Shown one piece after another: positions 19,482 to 28,210 of a stretch of 64,000 bases of DNA. How positions within the stretch are numbered: position 1 is the first letter of the stretch; each line of letters starts with the position of its first letter. Source of the stretch: a bacterium (GTDB lineage: Bacteria > Patescibacteriota > Minisyncoccia > Phycocordibacterales > CAIZLB01); NCBI GenBank assembly GCA_043745355.1, contig JAYTSY010000011.1, positions 16,822 to 80,821 on the forward strand. The letters run 5' to 3'. Under the pieces are notes generated by a model that searched no databases, was not told the DNA's origin, and worked only from the letters and a program-made list of their open reading frames with translations. Both the position numbers and the translations under genes were made by a program.

Positions 19482-20414
19482 CTATTTTTTGAGCAAAATG
19501 TTAATCGCCTTTGTGACAATCGGCAAAATATCGTTATAAAAATTGAGTGTCAAAATATCCTGCATCTTAAACCACTGTGCATCATCGAGTCCCCCTGAAG
19601 TGCCAAGTGTTAGTGGTCCGTATGATGCTTCAGCTAGGAAGTATTTAACTTGTTTGCGAATTTTTCCTTCTTCGGGGTGAGATGCGACATATTCATTGTT
19701 TGCCAACTCTTCTTGAACGGTGATGTCCACCCCCATTTCTTCCTTAATTTCACGCACTGTTCCCTGCTCTGCATTTTCGTCTCCTTCTAGTTTTCCTTTT
19801 GAAAGCGTCCAATGCCCAAACACATCATGCACCAACGCTAAATAAATTTGTTGACCATCCCGAGCGTAGACCACAGCCCCACCCAGAACCTTGATCGGCA
19901 TTTGATCGAAAGGCACGTCTTTTGGCTTTGTCTTTTTACGCGGTGACTGATCGTCTTTGCCTGGTTCGCCGAGCTCTTTATATACCGCACCGAGCACTCC
20001 GTTTACAAACTTACCAGATGTCTCACCTCCGAATGTTTTAGCGAGTTCGATTGCTTCGTTAATAGCAACTTTTGCAGGCACTTCTGATTTGTCAGCAAAG
20101 AGCAACTCGTAGAGACCAAGTCGGAGTACATTTCTATCAACAATTGAGATTTTTTTGATCGGCCATTCAGGTGCAGCCTTTTCAATAATATTATCGAGAT
20201 CAGTGCGCTTTTTGAGAATGCCGTCGGCTAGATTTTTAACAAAAGAAAAATCGCCCATACCAGGAGCGAACTCTTCAACATTTCTTTCCAACACCTTTGC
20301 GATCATAGAATCCTCGAGACTTCTAAAGTCCCACTCGAAGAGTGATTGCATAACTATTGATCGTGAAAGGTGCCTATTTGCCATTGTGGGGACTCGAACT
20401 GAGTACGGATTCAA
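19482..20414 (-). CDS. nusB: NusB antitermination factor fused to a C-terminal NUDIX hydrolase domain
   Basis: NusB-like residues 1-155 (LRLGLYELLF...INEAIELAKTFGGETSGKFVNGVL); Nudix box GKLEGDENAEQGTVREIKEEMGV in residues ~180-310. Confidence 0.8.
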   Translation of the reverse strand: MNPYSVRVPTMANRHLSRSIVMQSLFEWDFRSLEDSMIAKVLERNVEEFAPGMGDFSFVKNLADGILKKRTDLDNIIEKAAPEWPIKKISIVDRNVLRLGLYELLFADKSEVPAKVAINEAIELAKTFGGETSGKFVNGVLGAVYKELGEPGKDDQSPRKKTKPKDVPFDQMPIKVLGGAVVYARDGQQIYLALVHDVFGHWTLSKGKLEGDENAEQGTVREIKEEMGVDITVQEELANNEYVASHPEEGKIRKQVKYFLAEASYGPLTLGTSGGLDDAQWFKMQDILTLNFYNDILPIVTKAINILLKK

Positions 20415-20450
20415 GTATATCAGACCACTTCACGCTTGACTATCTCTTGA

Positions 20451-20666
20451 TTACTTTGCAGATGTTTTCTTTGCAGCCTTTTTGTCTGCAATAGCCTTCT
20501 TGTCGATGATAGTCTTACCCTTGTATTTACCACACTGTGCACACATAACATGCTTTCGTTTTGGCATTCCGCAATCAGCACAAAGAACAGTACCGCTCGC
20601 AGCTAGTGCGTGGTGACTTCGTCGTGTACCCGTTTGGTTACGGGTATGTCGCATGTGGTTAACCAT
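20451..20666 (-). CDS. rpmF: 50S ribosomal protein L32
   Basis: RRSHHALAASGTVLCADCGMPKRKHVMCAQCGKYKGK is the L32 zinc-ribbon pattern. The ORF track's 136-aa upstream extension is non-coding (hairpins). Confidence 0.8.
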   Translation of the reverse strand: MVNHMRHTRNQTGTRRSHHALAASGTVLCADCGMPKRKHVMCAQCGKYKGKTIIDKKAIADKKAAKKTSAK

Positions 20667-20705
20667 AGTCCCAACAGTATATATATTTTGCCAAAAAAGG
20701 CAAAT

Positions 20706-20745
20706 GGGGTCAGGCACCGATTTGTCCGGATCGGTGCCTGACCCC
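20706..20745. repeat. Extended palindromic hairpin GGGGTCAGGCACCGAT-N8-ATCGGTGCCTGACCCC
   Basis: 16-bp perfect stem with an 8-nt loop; a T-run follows on the minus strand; sits between the YceD-like gene and rpmF. Confidence 0.6.
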
Positions 20746-20756
20746 AAATGTGAAAA

Positions 20757-20781
20757 GGGCGGCCGTCGCAGACGGCCGCCC
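20757..20781. terminator. GC-rich hairpin gggcggccgtc-gcag-acggccgccc
   Basis: 11-bp near-perfect stem immediately 3' of the 20797-21489 gene. Confidence 0.45.
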
Positions 20782-20796
20782 TGTAAACAACTCGAC

Positions 20797-21489
20797 TCAT
20801 TCCTCCAGCTGATCCAAGACCCCCTGAAAAGCAGGATCCGTTGACGCAACCCTGAGAGCAACCCTCAGTGCATGCACGCCTTTGGAGGATAGGCGTTGAA
20901 GCAACCTCTTGCTAATCACCACCTCAAGAGGTGTGTAGAAGATTTCATTGATTCGCTTATGAGTCCGGCGATGATTCAAACTTCCCACGTACCCTTTCAC
21001 AAGGACCACACGAGTATCATCCTCGTCGATGACTGACCGATCCACCAATTCAGCCAACGACATTACCGCCCCGAGCTGTGCATTTACTTTGGCCACAGCA
21101 TGTGTCTGGGCATTTACATCCTCGCTATCGTTGATTTGACTTGGGAAGTAAATTTTTGGCTCATCTTTGCCCATACCGTACGGGACAAACACCACCACAC
21201 TAAATTTTTCCTTCGTCTTCAACAGCCGACGACTGAGAATGACAAAGATGCGATTATGGAAAGGATGTTTCTCAACCACCGCTTCTTGCGAGACTTCATC
21301 CGCCACTTTCGAGACAGGTGCCGTAACCTTCCTGTGTCTCTTTTTGTAATAGCTACTTTCATGACGATGCTTCTCATGCGAAACATGAGGAGCACCTGGC
21401 TCGACCACTGGGTCTGAAGGGACAAGAACAGCTGTGCGTGTACGCGACATTGGAAATAATTCTAAACGCTCAACCAGAGCATGTGCCAT
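20797..21489 (-). CDS. Hypothetical protein (possibly YceD/DUF177-like by position upstream of rpmF)
   Basis: Conserved yceD-rpmF synteny only; no Cys motifs seen. Confidence 0.35.
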   Translation of the reverse strand: MAHALVERLELFPMSRTRTAVLVPSDPVVEPGAPHVSHEKHRHESSYYKKRHRKVTAPVSKVADEVSQEAVVEKHPFHNRIFVILSRRLLKTKEKFSVVVFVPYGMGKDEPKIYFPSQINDSEDVNAQTHAVAKVNAQLGAVMSLAELVDRSVIDEDDTRVVLVKGYVGSLNHRRTHKRINEIFYTPLEVVISKRLLQRLSSKGVHALRVALRVASTDPAFQGVLDQLEE

Positions 21490-21557
21490 ATATAAGGTGC
21501 TGAAGCGTTACCAACAATAGGCAGGCATCTTTCGCTTATCCACTAGTGATATTATAT

Positions 21558-22196
21558 TCACTTATCTTTTGGTGCAAGAACTTGGGGGTCTGACCCCAAA
21601 TACGTTTTTCGGTGAACTTCACTTATTCCATGTTTTTTTATTGCTTGCATATGCAATTGCGTGCCATATCCTTTGTGTCTTTCAAAACCATATTGTGGAT
21701 ATTTTCTTGCCATCCGAATCATCAATCGATCACGTTCAACTTTTGCATATATAGAAGCAAATGAAATGATTGGTTCCTTATCATCTCCACCAATAATCGT
21801 TTCTTGATGAATATACTCAGCAGGTACTTTCAAACTACCATCGAGGAGTATCAACACTTCTTCGGGTTTTACGTTCAACTTTTTTAAATTTTTTTGAATT
21901 AAACTTCTGATGCAAACGGCAATTCCTTTTTTATCTATTTCTTTTGCGGAGGCGTAACTTAACTGAAAAGTAATATTATCTTTCAAAACTTCATACCACA
22001 CTTCCCTTCCTTTTTCTGTTAAACGTTTTGAATCACGCAGTTTTGGCAAATCCTTAAATTTATTTACACTTTTTGACTTTAAACGGACATTATCAAATCT
22101 AACCATTGCAGCGCAAACTGCGACAGGACCAGCAACGGGACCACGGCCGACTTCGTCGATGCCGATGAGGTGTTTAAAAGTTTTATATTTTTTCAT
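21558..22196 (-). CDS. rnhB: Ribonuclease HII
   Basis: GIDEVGRGPVAGPVAVCAAMV and RDSKRLTEKGR motifs. The ATG overlaps the RT stop by 14 nt. The 3' end contains a GGGGGTCTGACCCC copy (21584-21597). Confidence 0.85.
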   Translation of the reverse strand: MKKYKTFKHLIGIDEVGRGPVAGPVAVCAAMVRFDNVRLKSKSVNKFKDLPKLRDSKRLTEKGREVWYEVLKDNITFQLSYASAKEIDKKGIAVCIRSLIQKNLKKLNVKPEEVLILLDGSLKVPAEYIHQETIIGGDDKEPIISFASIYAKVERDRLMIRMARKYPQYGFERHKGYGTQLHMQAIKKHGISEVHRKTYLGSDPQVLAPKDK

Positions 22197-23193
22197 TATT
22201 TATATTATAAATCAGATGGATCTTCTTTCTTATTCTATATGTATTTCCATGGCTGATTAAGCCAATGTAAGACTGAATGGTTTCCTTACTCTGGTTTACT
22301 TTAAGCCTTGAAAACATTCTTCTTTTGGTTGCAGTCCTCAATATCTTACAATGAGGAAAATGTACCCAGCCCAAGAAGTCTACTCCTGAAGCATAGGTTT
22401 TTATAAACACTTTATCAGGGTGTAACTCAAGTTTCAGTTTATTACTCAGGAACGCATCGATATTTAAAAGTATTAAATCAAGACTTTTTCTATCACTATC
22501 CATAAACACAAAATCATCGGCATAGCGTATATAAAACTTTGATTTAATGATGTGCTTGACGAACTGGTCAAATTCATTCATGTAGATGTTTACCAATAAT
22601 TGCGATGTGAGATTACCAAGCGGTAATCCTTTGCCATGTTCAGTAGTATGAAAGCTATCTATTATCTGCATAAGTAACCATGTGATATTTTTATCTGGTA
22701 TGTATTTACTTAATATTTCAATAAGAATTTTATGGTCAATTGAAGCAAAAAACTTCTTAATATCACACTTTAGGATCCATACTGTACATGTATTATTTTT
22801 ACTCACCTTGCGAGCATATATATCAAAACTTTTTATAGCCTCATGTGTCCCCTTACCTATTCTGCATGAATACGAATCGTAAATAAATCTCTTATCAAAA
22901 TAGGGGTACAATTTTCTATATAAAGCATGATGCAGTAACCTATCCCTCACCTTCGCTTTATGGATGTTTCTCGGCTTTGGGTCTGAAATATTAAATGCTT
23001 CGTAAACTGAATGTATATATGTTTTATCAGCCAAATCATTGTGAAGCGAGATTATGTTAGACATCAGATTCCTCTCAAATTCTTGAACATCTTTTCGGCT
23101 TTTCTTGCCCAAGACGAACCCATTCCATGCTTCAAGCAGGTTTTCTAAAGAGATGATATGCTCGTATGTACTATCAAATTTAGTGACTGACAT
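22183..23193 (-). CDS. Diversity-generating retroelement reverse transcriptase
   Basis: RT motifs WILKCDIKKFFASIDH, GLPLGNLTSQLL (DGR-specific GxxxSQ), YIRYADDFVFM and GVDFLGW; 336 aa with no maturase or endonuclease domain; adjacent TR/VR pair. Confidence 0.85.
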   Translation of the reverse strand: MSVTKFDSTYEHIISLENLLEAWNGFVLGKKSRKDVQEFERNLMSNIISLHNDLADKTYIHSVYEAFNISDPKPRNIHKAKVRDRLLHHALYRKLYPYFDKRFIYDSYSCRIGKGTHEAIKSFDIYARKVSKNNTCTVWILKCDIKKFFASIDHKILIEILSKYIPDKNITWLLMQIIDSFHTTEHGKGLPLGNLTSQLLVNIYMNEFDQFVKHIIKSKFYIRYADDFVFMDSDRKSLDLILLNIDAFLSNKLKLELHPDKVFIKTYASGVDFLGWVHFPHCKILRTATKRRMFSRLKVNQSKETIQSYIGLISHGNTYRIRKKIHLIYNINNEKI

Positions 23194-23206
23194 ATCATGA
23201 AATCTA

Positions 23207-23216
23207 CCCCCCCCCC
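23207..23216. repeat. C10 homopolymer (G10 on minus strand) in the 31-bp gap between the RT and avd start codons
   Basis: cccccccccc at 23207-23216; RT ATG at 23193 (minus strand), avd TTG at 23225 (plus strand). Confidence 0.9.
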
Positions 23217-23224
23217 GAGAATTT

Positions 23225-23593
23225 TTGCAACAACCTAAACTACTCCCTCTATTACAGAAAGTAAAAACTGTATATATCTTGTGGTACGGCTATTATCAGA
23301 CACTGCCGAAGCTACACAGACACTCACTTGGACAACGAATTGACTCCCTTTTTATAGAAACAATGGAAGCAATCAGTGTGGCGAGTTTTTTACAAAAAGA
23401 AGAAAAATTGCCGTGGGTAAAAGTGGCCATACGAAAGATTGACACTGTAAAACTATTACTTATGGTACTTTGGGAGACTAAATCACTCGATGAAAAGAAA
23501 TACATCTTGCTATCTCTTCAACTAGAAGAGATCGGGAAAATGCTTGGTGGTTGGAATGGTCAGATTTCAAAACAAAACTCCCCCGCCATATAG
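23225..23593 (+). CDS. avd: Avd-like accessory variability determinant (four-helix-bundle / 23S rRNA IVS protein family)
   Basis: C-terminal LQLEEIGKMLGGW resembles the family's EIGKMLNGL motif; helix-rich 122 aa; TTG start; opposite strand to the RT and target. Confidence 0.6.
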   Translation: MQQPKLLPLLQKVKTVYILWYGYYQTLPKLHRHSLGQRIDSLFIETMEAISVASFLQKEEKLPWVKVAIRKIDTVKLLLMVLWETKSLDEKKYILLSLQLEEIGKMLGGWNGQISKQNSPAI

Positions 23594-23614
23594 GCAGAGG
23601 AGAGATGAAGAGAT

Positions 23615-23743
23615 TTGCGACGGAAGATCCAGAGGTTGTCAGGATTCCACTGATTGTCGGGGTTGGCATAATTGGCGTTGAGCCACATGCCATTCGAGTC
23701 GTGTTCGAGGTTGAACACGTTTGGATTACGGTCGGAGTCGATT
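23615..23743 (-). repeat. DGR template repeat (TR), 129 bp
   Basis: Aligns with 24121-24249 with 20 mismatches, all at plus-strand T (template A). Translation of the TR is Asn-rich (NPNVFNLEHDSNGMWLNANYANPDNQWNPDNLW). Confidence 0.85.
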
Positions 23744-23980
23744 GTGCATTGTCCCATCTTTTCCACCACCACTTGATTACTCTCGTGGTTGTATTTTATT
23801 CGTGATCTATAATCACAGAGGACTATGCACCAAGTATCTTCATTTTTTGAAGTGTCTACATACACCACTCTACCCTAAACCTTGGTCGAGAATATTCTGG
23901 ATGTATGGATACTGGATTCGGTAGGAAGAAACCGTGATCTCTCCCGTATTCACCTACTACCGTTTTTAACTTTATCATAA

Positions 23981-24014
23981 ATACAAAAATCCCGAACACG
24001 TATTGTGTTCGGGG
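23981..24014 (-). terminator. Hairpin cccgaacac-gtatt-gtgttcggg plus T-run downstream of the DGR target gene and VR
   Basis: 9-bp stem followed by a T-run on the minus strand. Confidence 0.5.
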
Positions 24015-24104
24015 GCAGGTTTAGAGATGTACCTTGCTTTAACTTACTTTTGGCGCCGAAGGGCAAAGTTCAAAGGGTCAGAGTAGACCACAGTGGACAA
24101 GTCC

Positions 24105-24788
24105 TTAGGGCTTAGTGATCTTGCGACGGAAGATCCAGAGGCGGTCAGGATCCCACTGAAGGCCGGGGTAGGCACAATTGGCGCGGAGCCACATGCCAAG
24201 CGAGTCGTGTCCGAGGCGGAACACGTCCGGATCACGGTCGGAGTCGATGATTGGCTTCATGCCGACACGAATCCATTCGTCCAAAGGTTGGTCGTTGTAG
24301 GCGAGCCTCAGGTAGAATGCGTCGCTCGGTTTGCACAGCTCAAGCCCATGCTGTGCCAAGAACTCTTCGTTGAGGAAGACTTGTGTCTCCGTGTTCTCAT
24401 CTAACCCGAACAGATCGTGGAGGCTTCCCTTCACGAACTCCACCCCCTCTTCTTTCTCGGTCGGGAACGTGCATTCGGGCTTGCCTGCGATGTCGAGGGC
24501 CCAGTCGCTGGCTTTCATGCCCGTCTTTGTTCCGTCTTTGACCTTGTAGGTCGCCTCCTTGAACTTGGAGAGAAGCTGTTCTTTGGTGTCTCCACCGACG
24601 ATCAGCATCATCCAGAGCTTGAGGGCGGCCTCCTTGATCAATTGAATGAGGGTTTGAGGTTGCATCCGAAGTGCGAGCTTGACTGCTTCCAGCCAGCTTG
24701 CACCGTTTTTGCCCGACAGTTTGTCGAGCAGGACTTTCATCGGTCCAGCCACATCGGCAAGAGCGATATCCGAGCATATATTACTCAT
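24105..24788 (-). CDS. DGR target protein with C-terminal variable region
   Basis: 227 aa; C-terminus IIDSDRDPDVFRLGHDSLGMWLRANCAYPGLQWDPDRLWIFRRK is the VR-encoded counterpart of the TR; the VR ends 16 nt before the stop. Confidence 0.8.
   Translation of the reverse strand: MSNICSDIALADVAGPMKVLLDKLSGKNGASWLEAVKLALRMQPQTLIQLIKEAALKLWMMLIVGGDTKEQLLSKFKEATYKVKDGTKTGMKASDWALDIAGKPECTFPTEKEEGVEFVKGSLHDLFGLDENTETQVFLNEEFLAQHGLELCKPSDAFYLRLAYNDQPLDEWIRVGMKPIIDSDRDPDVFRLGHDSLGMWLRANCAYPGLQWDPDRLWIFRRKITKP
24121..24249 (-). repeat. DGR variable repeat (VR) at the 3' end of the target gene
   Basis: See TR; the changes are adenine-specific. Confidence 0.85.
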
Positions 24789-24994
24789 GGTCAGTTTGTC
24801 TTTCTTGGTTTCTAACGTTTTGAATGCTGTATTGGTTTGGCCAAAGGTTTCACCACAGCAGAGAAAATCCTTAAAGATCCTCTATGCTGAGGTGAAATCG
24901 CATTTTTTCAAAGTCCTAAACTATTCGTAGTATATCACTTTTGATACAAAAAGTCAATATCCTTAACTTTCCATAAAAAACATATAATGAATCA

Positions 24995-27900
24995 ATGAGC
25001 TCACGCTTCGTCCACCTCCACACACACTCTCATTATAGCTTGCTCCAGGCCCTTCCTAAAATCAAAGCCCTCGTCAAAGCCGCCGTTGACCGTGGCATGC
25101 CCGCGCTCGCACTCACCGACGCTGGCAATATGTATGGTGCTATCGAATTCTACAAGGAATGTCAGAAGCAAGGTATCAAACCAATACTCGGTGTAGATTT
25201 TTACGTTGCTGCTCGTACCCGCAGGGACAAAGAACCCCGCATTGACAACAGACGTTCGCGTCTCGTTGTTTTAGCAAAAAATATTGCCGGGTACAAAAAC
25301 CTTATCAAACTTGTCACCGATTCCCAACTCGAAGGTTTCTACTACAAGCCACGTATCGACAAAGAACTGATTGAAAAATACCACGAAGGACTTGTAGTCA
25401 TTAGTCCGTCATTTAGCGGAGAGTTGATGCAATCAATTAAAGCTTCAAATACTGAAAACGCCAAAACGATCGCAGATTGGTACAAAAATATATTCGGTGA
25501 TGACTTCTACATGGAGATCACACATCATCCAGAACTCGACGGTCATGAAGCAAATATGAAAAAGCTAATCGACTTTGCTAAGACAGAAAACATTCCCCTT
25601 GTCGCAGCGCATGATACCTATTATCTGAACCGTGAGGATAAAGCCGCGAGAGAAACACTTGTCTCCATTCAGGACCAGTTTAGCGAGCGAAATACTGATG
25701 ACGAAGCAGACTTTTCTTTCATTACTCCCAATGAAGCTGAAGAATTTTTCAAAGACATTCCTGAATCACTCGACAATTGCCAGAAAATTGCTGAGAAGTG
25801 CAACCTCGAACTCGAACTCGGTAAATGGCTCTTCCCGGACTTCATTGTTGAGAGTGGTAAGAGCGCCGACGACGAATTGCATGATCTTGCATATGCAGGG
25901 CTTGAACGTCGGCGCGTGGAACTCACACCCGATGTCAAAGAACGCCTCGACTATGAACTCCAAGTTATCAAAACAAAAGGTTACTCACCCTACTTCCTCA
26001 CCGTAGCCGACCTCCTCGCTTATGCTCACAAGCACGGCATTCTCACCAACATTCGAGGGTCCGTCGCGGGTTCCATGACCACATATCTCACAGGTATTAC
26101 CAATGTAAACCCTCTTGAATACAAATTACCGTTCGAACGATTTTTAAATCCTGAGCGACCTTCAGCGCCGGACATCGATATGGATTTTGCGGACAACAGG
26201 CGCGATGAAATGATCGAATATTCTCGTCAGAAATATGGTCGTGACAAAGTAGCACAAATCGGAACATTCGGAACCATGATGGCGAGAGGTGCAGTGCGTG
26301 ACGTTGCACGTGCGATGAAATTCCCCTATACGCTGGGAGACAGGATTGCCAAACTCATTCCCATGGGTCAACAAGGTTTTGCAATGACCATCGATCGAGC
26401 ACTCGACATGACACCTGAGCTGAAAGACATGTATGAAAAAGAAGCGGATGTGAAATCAGTGATTGATATGGCTAAAAAAATCGAAGGATGTGCTCGGCAT
26501 ATTTCCGTGCACGCTGCGGGTGTTGTCATCTCCCCCATTCCACTCACCGATATCGTTCCCCTTCAGCTTGATCCAAAAAGTAATGGTGAAGACGGCTCGA
26601 CACGTATCATCACCCAGTACGATATGCGATCTGTTGATGAAAATAATGCCGGACTGCTCAAATTCGATTTTCTTGGAATTAAAAACCTCTCACAACTTGC
26701 AGATGCAGTCTCGCTCGCTGAAATAATTGAAGGTGTCAAAGTAGATCTCGAAAATATTCCGATCGATGACAAGAGGACATACGAAATGCTCGCTCGCGGT
26801 GAGACCGAAGGCCTTTTCCAATTGAACGGAAGTGGCATGACTCGCTATCTCAAGGAGCTCAAACCAAGTTCAATTCATGACATCAATGCTATGGTTGCTC
26901 TCTATCGTCCAGGCCCAATGGAAACTATTCCTGAATATATTAAACGAAAAAACGATCCGTCGCTCATAAAATACGAAGATCCTCGTATGGAAAAATTCCT
27001 CAAAGAATCATATGGCCTCATTGTGTACCAAGACGATCTCCTCTTCTGTGCTATCGACCTCGCTGGATATTCATGGCTCGAGGCTGATAAATTCCGAAAA
27101 GCGGTAGGTAAAAAGATTCGCGAAGAAATGGCGGCGCAAAAAGAGAAACTAACAAAAGGCATTGTTGCAAACGGCCAAACAAAAAAGTTTGCGGAACATC
27201 TCTGGAAACTCTTCGAGCCGTTTCAGGCGTATGGGTTTAATAAGGCCCACGCGGCAAGTTACGGACGTCTCGCCTATCAAACTGCATACATGAAAGCCAA
27301 TTTCCCTGCTATTTATATGGCAGCGGTTTTGACAGGAGCGCACGGTGATGTAGAAGAAATCTCAATCTATATCAATGAATGTAAGCGCATGAAAATCCCC
27401 GTCCTCCCTCCAAACATCAATGAATCATTCGGAAATTTCACCGTCATAAAAGGCGGCGGTATGGATGCGAGTGGCAACCCAATCCCTGACAAGATCCGAT
27501 TCGGACTTTTCAGTATCAAAAACTTTGGTGAAGGCATTGGCAACACGATTATCGAGGAGCGAAAAAAGAACGGCAAATATAAATCTCTCGAGGATTTTCT
27601 GAACCGTATCAAAGACAAAAATCTCAATAAGAAATCACTCGAGGCACTCGTCAAAGCCGGAGCAATGGATGAGTTTGCAGATCGAGGTGTCATGCTTGCG
27701 AACCTCCCTGATATTCTTGAATACAATAAAGAACAACACAAACAAAGTGAAAATCAGGACTCCCTCTTCGGACTTGGCGGTACAGGTGAGAGTCACTTGC
27801 GACTTGTGGCCGAGGGTAAAGCCACACAGAGTGAGAAACTCGCCTGGGAAAAAGAATTGCTCGGACTTTATATTACAGGGCATCCGCTCGATAAGTACAA

Positions 27901-28210
27901 AGAAATACTTGAAAAACGAGATATCAATATTGAGAAAATAAAAGAAGAAGCTAAAGATGAAAAAGTATACATTCTTGCTGGCATCATTGAAGAAGCAAAG
28001 GAGATCATTACAAAAAAGGACTCAAAACGTATGATGTTTCTGCGTATTGCTGACCTCTCAGGATCAGTTGAGGCCGTGGTGTTTCCTAAAACTTATGAAC
28101 TTTATAAAGACGTACTCGTGCCTGAAAAATGCATTGTCGTTAAGTGTAAATTCTCAGACAGAAATGGTAGTCCGAGTTTGTTGATTGAGACGGTGAAGGC
28201 ACTAGCTTGA
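24995..28210 (+). CDS. dnaE: DNA polymerase III alpha subunit
   Basis: PHP domain HLHTHSHYSLLQA; 1071 aa; TATAAT at 24983-24988 lies only 6 nt before the ATG. Confidence 0.95.
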   Translation: MSSRFVHLHTHSHYSLLQALPKIKALVKAAVDRGMPALALTDAGNMYGAIEFYKECQKQGIKPILGVDFYVAARTRRDKEPRIDNRRSRLVVLAKNIAGYKNLIKLVTDSQLEGFYYKPRIDKELIEKYHEGLVVISPSFSGELMQSIKASNTENAKTIADWYKNIFGDDFYMEITHHPELDGHEANMKKLIDFAKTENIPLVAAHDTYYLNREDKAARETLVSIQDQFSERNTDDEADFSFITPNEAEEFFKDIPESLDNCQKIAEKCNLELELGKWLFPDFIVESGKSADDELHDLAYAGLERRRVELTPDVKERLDYELQVIKTKGYSPYFLTVADLLAYAHKHGILTNIRGSVAGSMTTYLTGITNVNPLEYKLPFERFLNPERPSAPDIDMDFADNRRDEMIEYSRQKYGRDKVAQIGTFGTMMARGAVRDVARAMKFPYTLGDRIAKLIPMGQQGFAMTIDRALDMTPELKDMYEKEADVKSVIDMAKKIEGCARHISVHAAGVVISPIPLTDIVPLQLDPKSNGEDGSTRIITQYDMRSVDENNAGLLKFDFLGIKNLSQLADAVSLAEIIEGVKVDLENIPIDDKRTYEMLARGETEGLFQLNGSGMTRYLKELKPSSIHDINAMVALYRPGPMETIPEYIKRKNDPSLIKYEDPRMEKFLKESYGLIVYQDDLLFCAIDLAGYSWLEADKFRKAVGKKIREEMAAQKEKLTKGIVANGQTKKFAEHLWKLFEPFQAYGFNKAHAASYGRLAYQTAYMKANFPAIYMAAVLTGAHGDVEEISIYINECKRMKIPVLPPNINESFGNFTVIKGGGMDASGNPIPDKIRFGLFSIKNFGEGIGNTIIEERKKNGKYKSLEDFLNRIKDKNLNKKSLEALVKAGAMDEFADRGVMLANLPDILEYNKEQHKQSENQDSLFGLGGTGESHLRLVAEGKATQSEKLAWEKELLGLYITGHPLDKYKEILEKRDINIEKIKEEAKDEKVYILAGIIEEAKEIITKKDSKRMMFLRIADLSGSVEAVVFPKTYELYKDVLVPEKCIVVKCKFSDRNGSPSLLIETVKALA

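Noticed and set aside
20451-20861. Full 136-aa ORF containing L32
   Set aside because: Only the C-terminal 71 aa match L32. The upstream 65 codons run through two strong hairpins (20706-20745, 20757-20781) and are an artefact of no in-frame stop. rpmF is called from the ATG at 20666.
23560-23868. 102-aa minus-strand ORF whose C-terminus resembles the DGR target C-terminus; considered as a second target gene
   Set aside because: It is simply the template repeat read in frame. It is Asn-rich from the A-rich TR, has no independent N-terminal domain, and there is no VR-type divergence. The TR is expected to be non-coding.
24397-24815. Arg-rich 126-aa and 132-aa ORFs overlapping the DGR target gene in other frames
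   Set aside because: These are alternative-frame artefacts inside a well-supported CDS, with a low-complexity Arg/Gly composition typical of an out-of-frame reading.
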